The position numbers and the translations under genes are program-made. From Paragordius varius (taxonomy: Eukaryota > Animalia > Nematomorpha): 64,000 nucleotides of DNA. The stretch is taken from assembly GCA_964247055.1 (NCBI GenBank), contig OZ176051.1, positions 14,942,001-15,006,000 of the forward strand, read 5' to 3'. The notes beneath the pieces are model-generated. The model had not been told where the DNA came from, made no database searches, and was given only the letters and a program-made list of their open reading frames with translations. This document shows, piece after piece, positions 61,790 to 64,000 of the stretch; the stretch's first letter is position 1; each line of letters opens with the position of its first letter.

Positions 61790-62304
61790 CATATCAATAC
61801 TGTAATTGATTGGTGTCCTTGATTGGTCTCCTTAAACAATTCAAGGTCCTTTGACTTTTTTGTTTTGTTTTTAACTTTAATCAATCAAATCGTAAATAAT
61901 TCATCTATTTTATTGTTTTTAACCTATTTTCTATAATTTAACATAAATTTTAAATTAATATCAACCTTTAATCTCTGTGAAACCGTATATCTTTATTAAT
62001 TTATAATAATTTTGAATATTTATAAGATTTTAAAGAGAGAAAAATATATAAGTTTTGTGGGTTATTAATTAATTTTCATTAAAAACATCTAAGAGTCAAT
62101 AATTTCGTTCATTTGAAAAAAATAGTTTAAAAAAAAGTGGTTTTTCAATAAAAAATTATTTTTAAATGAATAAATATATAAAAATAAAGAAAATTAGGTT
62201 AAAAAATAATAAAATACATGCAAAAATTATGGTTAAATATTTTAAGGACCAGCTTGAACGTCCAAGGACTAATTGGAATTGAATCTCTTGAATTGTAAAT
62301 GGTA
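61790..62304. mobile_element. Degenerate copy of the 32-kb foldback element
   Basis: The internal AT-rich core matches 32191-32520 (ttgacttttttgttttgttt...tcaatcaaatcgtaaataattcatctatttt). Right terminus GTAAATGGTA|TA; left terminus eroded. Confidence 0.8.
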
Positions 62305-64000
62305 TAATACCTATTTAGAATAAATTATGGAAAAATTAAATTTAAGAATTAAATATATTTTATTTTTTCTTTTGCCTAATTTCCTATATTTACTGTAAAC
62401 AAATTAATTTTAACAAATGAGAAAATGTTATACATTGATCCTTTAGTCATCTATTTCGGGAAATATCAAAGTACCTTAATATCTTTGATCGATATATACC
62501 TAAATAGGGGACGTGTTGGCCTGTTGAATTAATTAAGCCTTATTATTATATAAACTTAGATTCTAAGCAATAATTTTCTTAGAATAATATTTTATTATTT
62601 GATTAATAACAAAACATCGCCGGGTAGTATAATTAAATAAATAATCATTTATATATATTATCTATAAAGCGCAATCCATGTTTATAATTTATCAAATATA
62701 TCCAAATAGTTATTAAATTAAGTGCATTTGCATTTAAATCAGCCCCTTCTAAAGAAAATAAATGTCAAGTAATGGAAAAAGTATCTTTGTATGTTGCTTC
62801 AACTTTCAACATTTCTTATTAAAAATCTTGTAAGAAGCACATATCCAAATATTTCGCAAAAGATAATTTATTTTATTTACACTCAGGTTTTTATTTAATT
62901 AAAAAATTATTTTAAATCACCATATTAAAATAAATTGGAACATATATTTTTTGAATTATGGTGTATTTCTGATGTAGCTTAAAAGAATAAAATTTGGTGG
63001 TAAAAAATGTAATTTAATATATCAAGAATTCTTAAACCAAAATATAGGAATGTTGCTAGAAATCAATTTTGTAAACTCCGTTCTTGTTTTAGTGGCCGTT
63101 TCCATGAAATATTTTCTCTCAGAAATATCGAACAACTCATTTTAAATCCAAACTTTTGTTGATAAAAAAAAGAACATTCCAATACCGGATCAGCATCATA
63201 CCTCTTCTTCACAAATCGCAAAACGAACACAAAAGAAACTAAATGTTTTTCATAGCAAAGTAATTCATCCAATAAAACGAAATAGTCCAAGAAAGAGTGG
63301 GAGCCCGGTTGGTCAAACTGCTGCATTAATTGGGGGTAAAAAATAATTATTAGCTAAAGTAATAGTACAATTAGTTTACCGTAAAAACAATAATTATATT
63401 TTATTTAGCTGATAGACCAAAATACAGACCAGATCGAAAATGGTAAAATTTACAAAATTAATATAAAACTCAATCATAATTTTAGTTATTAAATTTTCAA
63501 AATAATCTAGCCCGGAAATCGTGGATTGATACGGTAGAACTAAACAAGATATTATATTAAAAATTATCAGCTGATATTATATTATATAAATATGATAATG
63601 ATAGGAATGTATCATTTAAAAGCAGGTTGTAATTTTTATAAATAATATTTTAATACTATTAGATACTATGATAATTTTTAATATATTTAGCTCTATTCAA
63701 CTAATACATAAATCAATTTATTCATTCTAAACTTTATATATTACTAAGGGGCAGAGAATGTGATGTATGAAGCCGAAAATTTAGTTACTAGTAAGTTTTT
63801 TTAAATTACTAATATTCTAGACACTGAGATCATAATATACAGAGTAGAAGCAAACATATAAGACTCATAATTTTCTAGGATAAGAATACTTTTAAAATTA
63901 TGAATTTTGACTGGCAAAATATGGAGTATAGATGTATATTGGTGAGAGACTTTATTCAACTATCATTGTTTAAAAGATACCAGTCTTTTTTTTAAATTTA

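Noticed and set aside
63063-63326. 87-aa minus-strand ORF with a possible acceptor upstream
   Set aside because: No family recognised and no partner exon found. It may be a real exon but cannot be supported.

Overview
Very AT-rich eukaryotic DNA. Spliceosomal GT-AG introns, class A GPCRs, an LRR gene and TRPN point to a metazoan, probably an invertebrate. I found no rRNA, tRNA gene or CRISPR array. Positions 1-29029 are a near-identical tandem array with a period of about 11.5 kb, and the array continues left of the window. Each unit holds a disrupted minus-strand LRR receptor-like gene, an older duplicated upstream region carrying a TTAA piggyBac-type MITE, a 239-bp LTR and a decayed Ty3/gypsy (Mag-like) gag-pol. 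SNP distribution suggests the array arose by unequal recombination between two diverged gypsy copies. Positions 29-64 kb are a nested transposon landscape: RTE LINEs, Buster-type hAT elements, Helitron 3' ends, TA-TSD foldback elements, and a 184-bp insertion with a hammerhead-like core and a 13-bp TSD. This half also holds several divergent GPCR genes or pseudogenes, two paralogues of an unrecognised small signal-peptide gene, and the first four exons of a TRPN/nompC channel. All alignments and translations were done by eye; family assignments rest on recalled motifs, not database searches.
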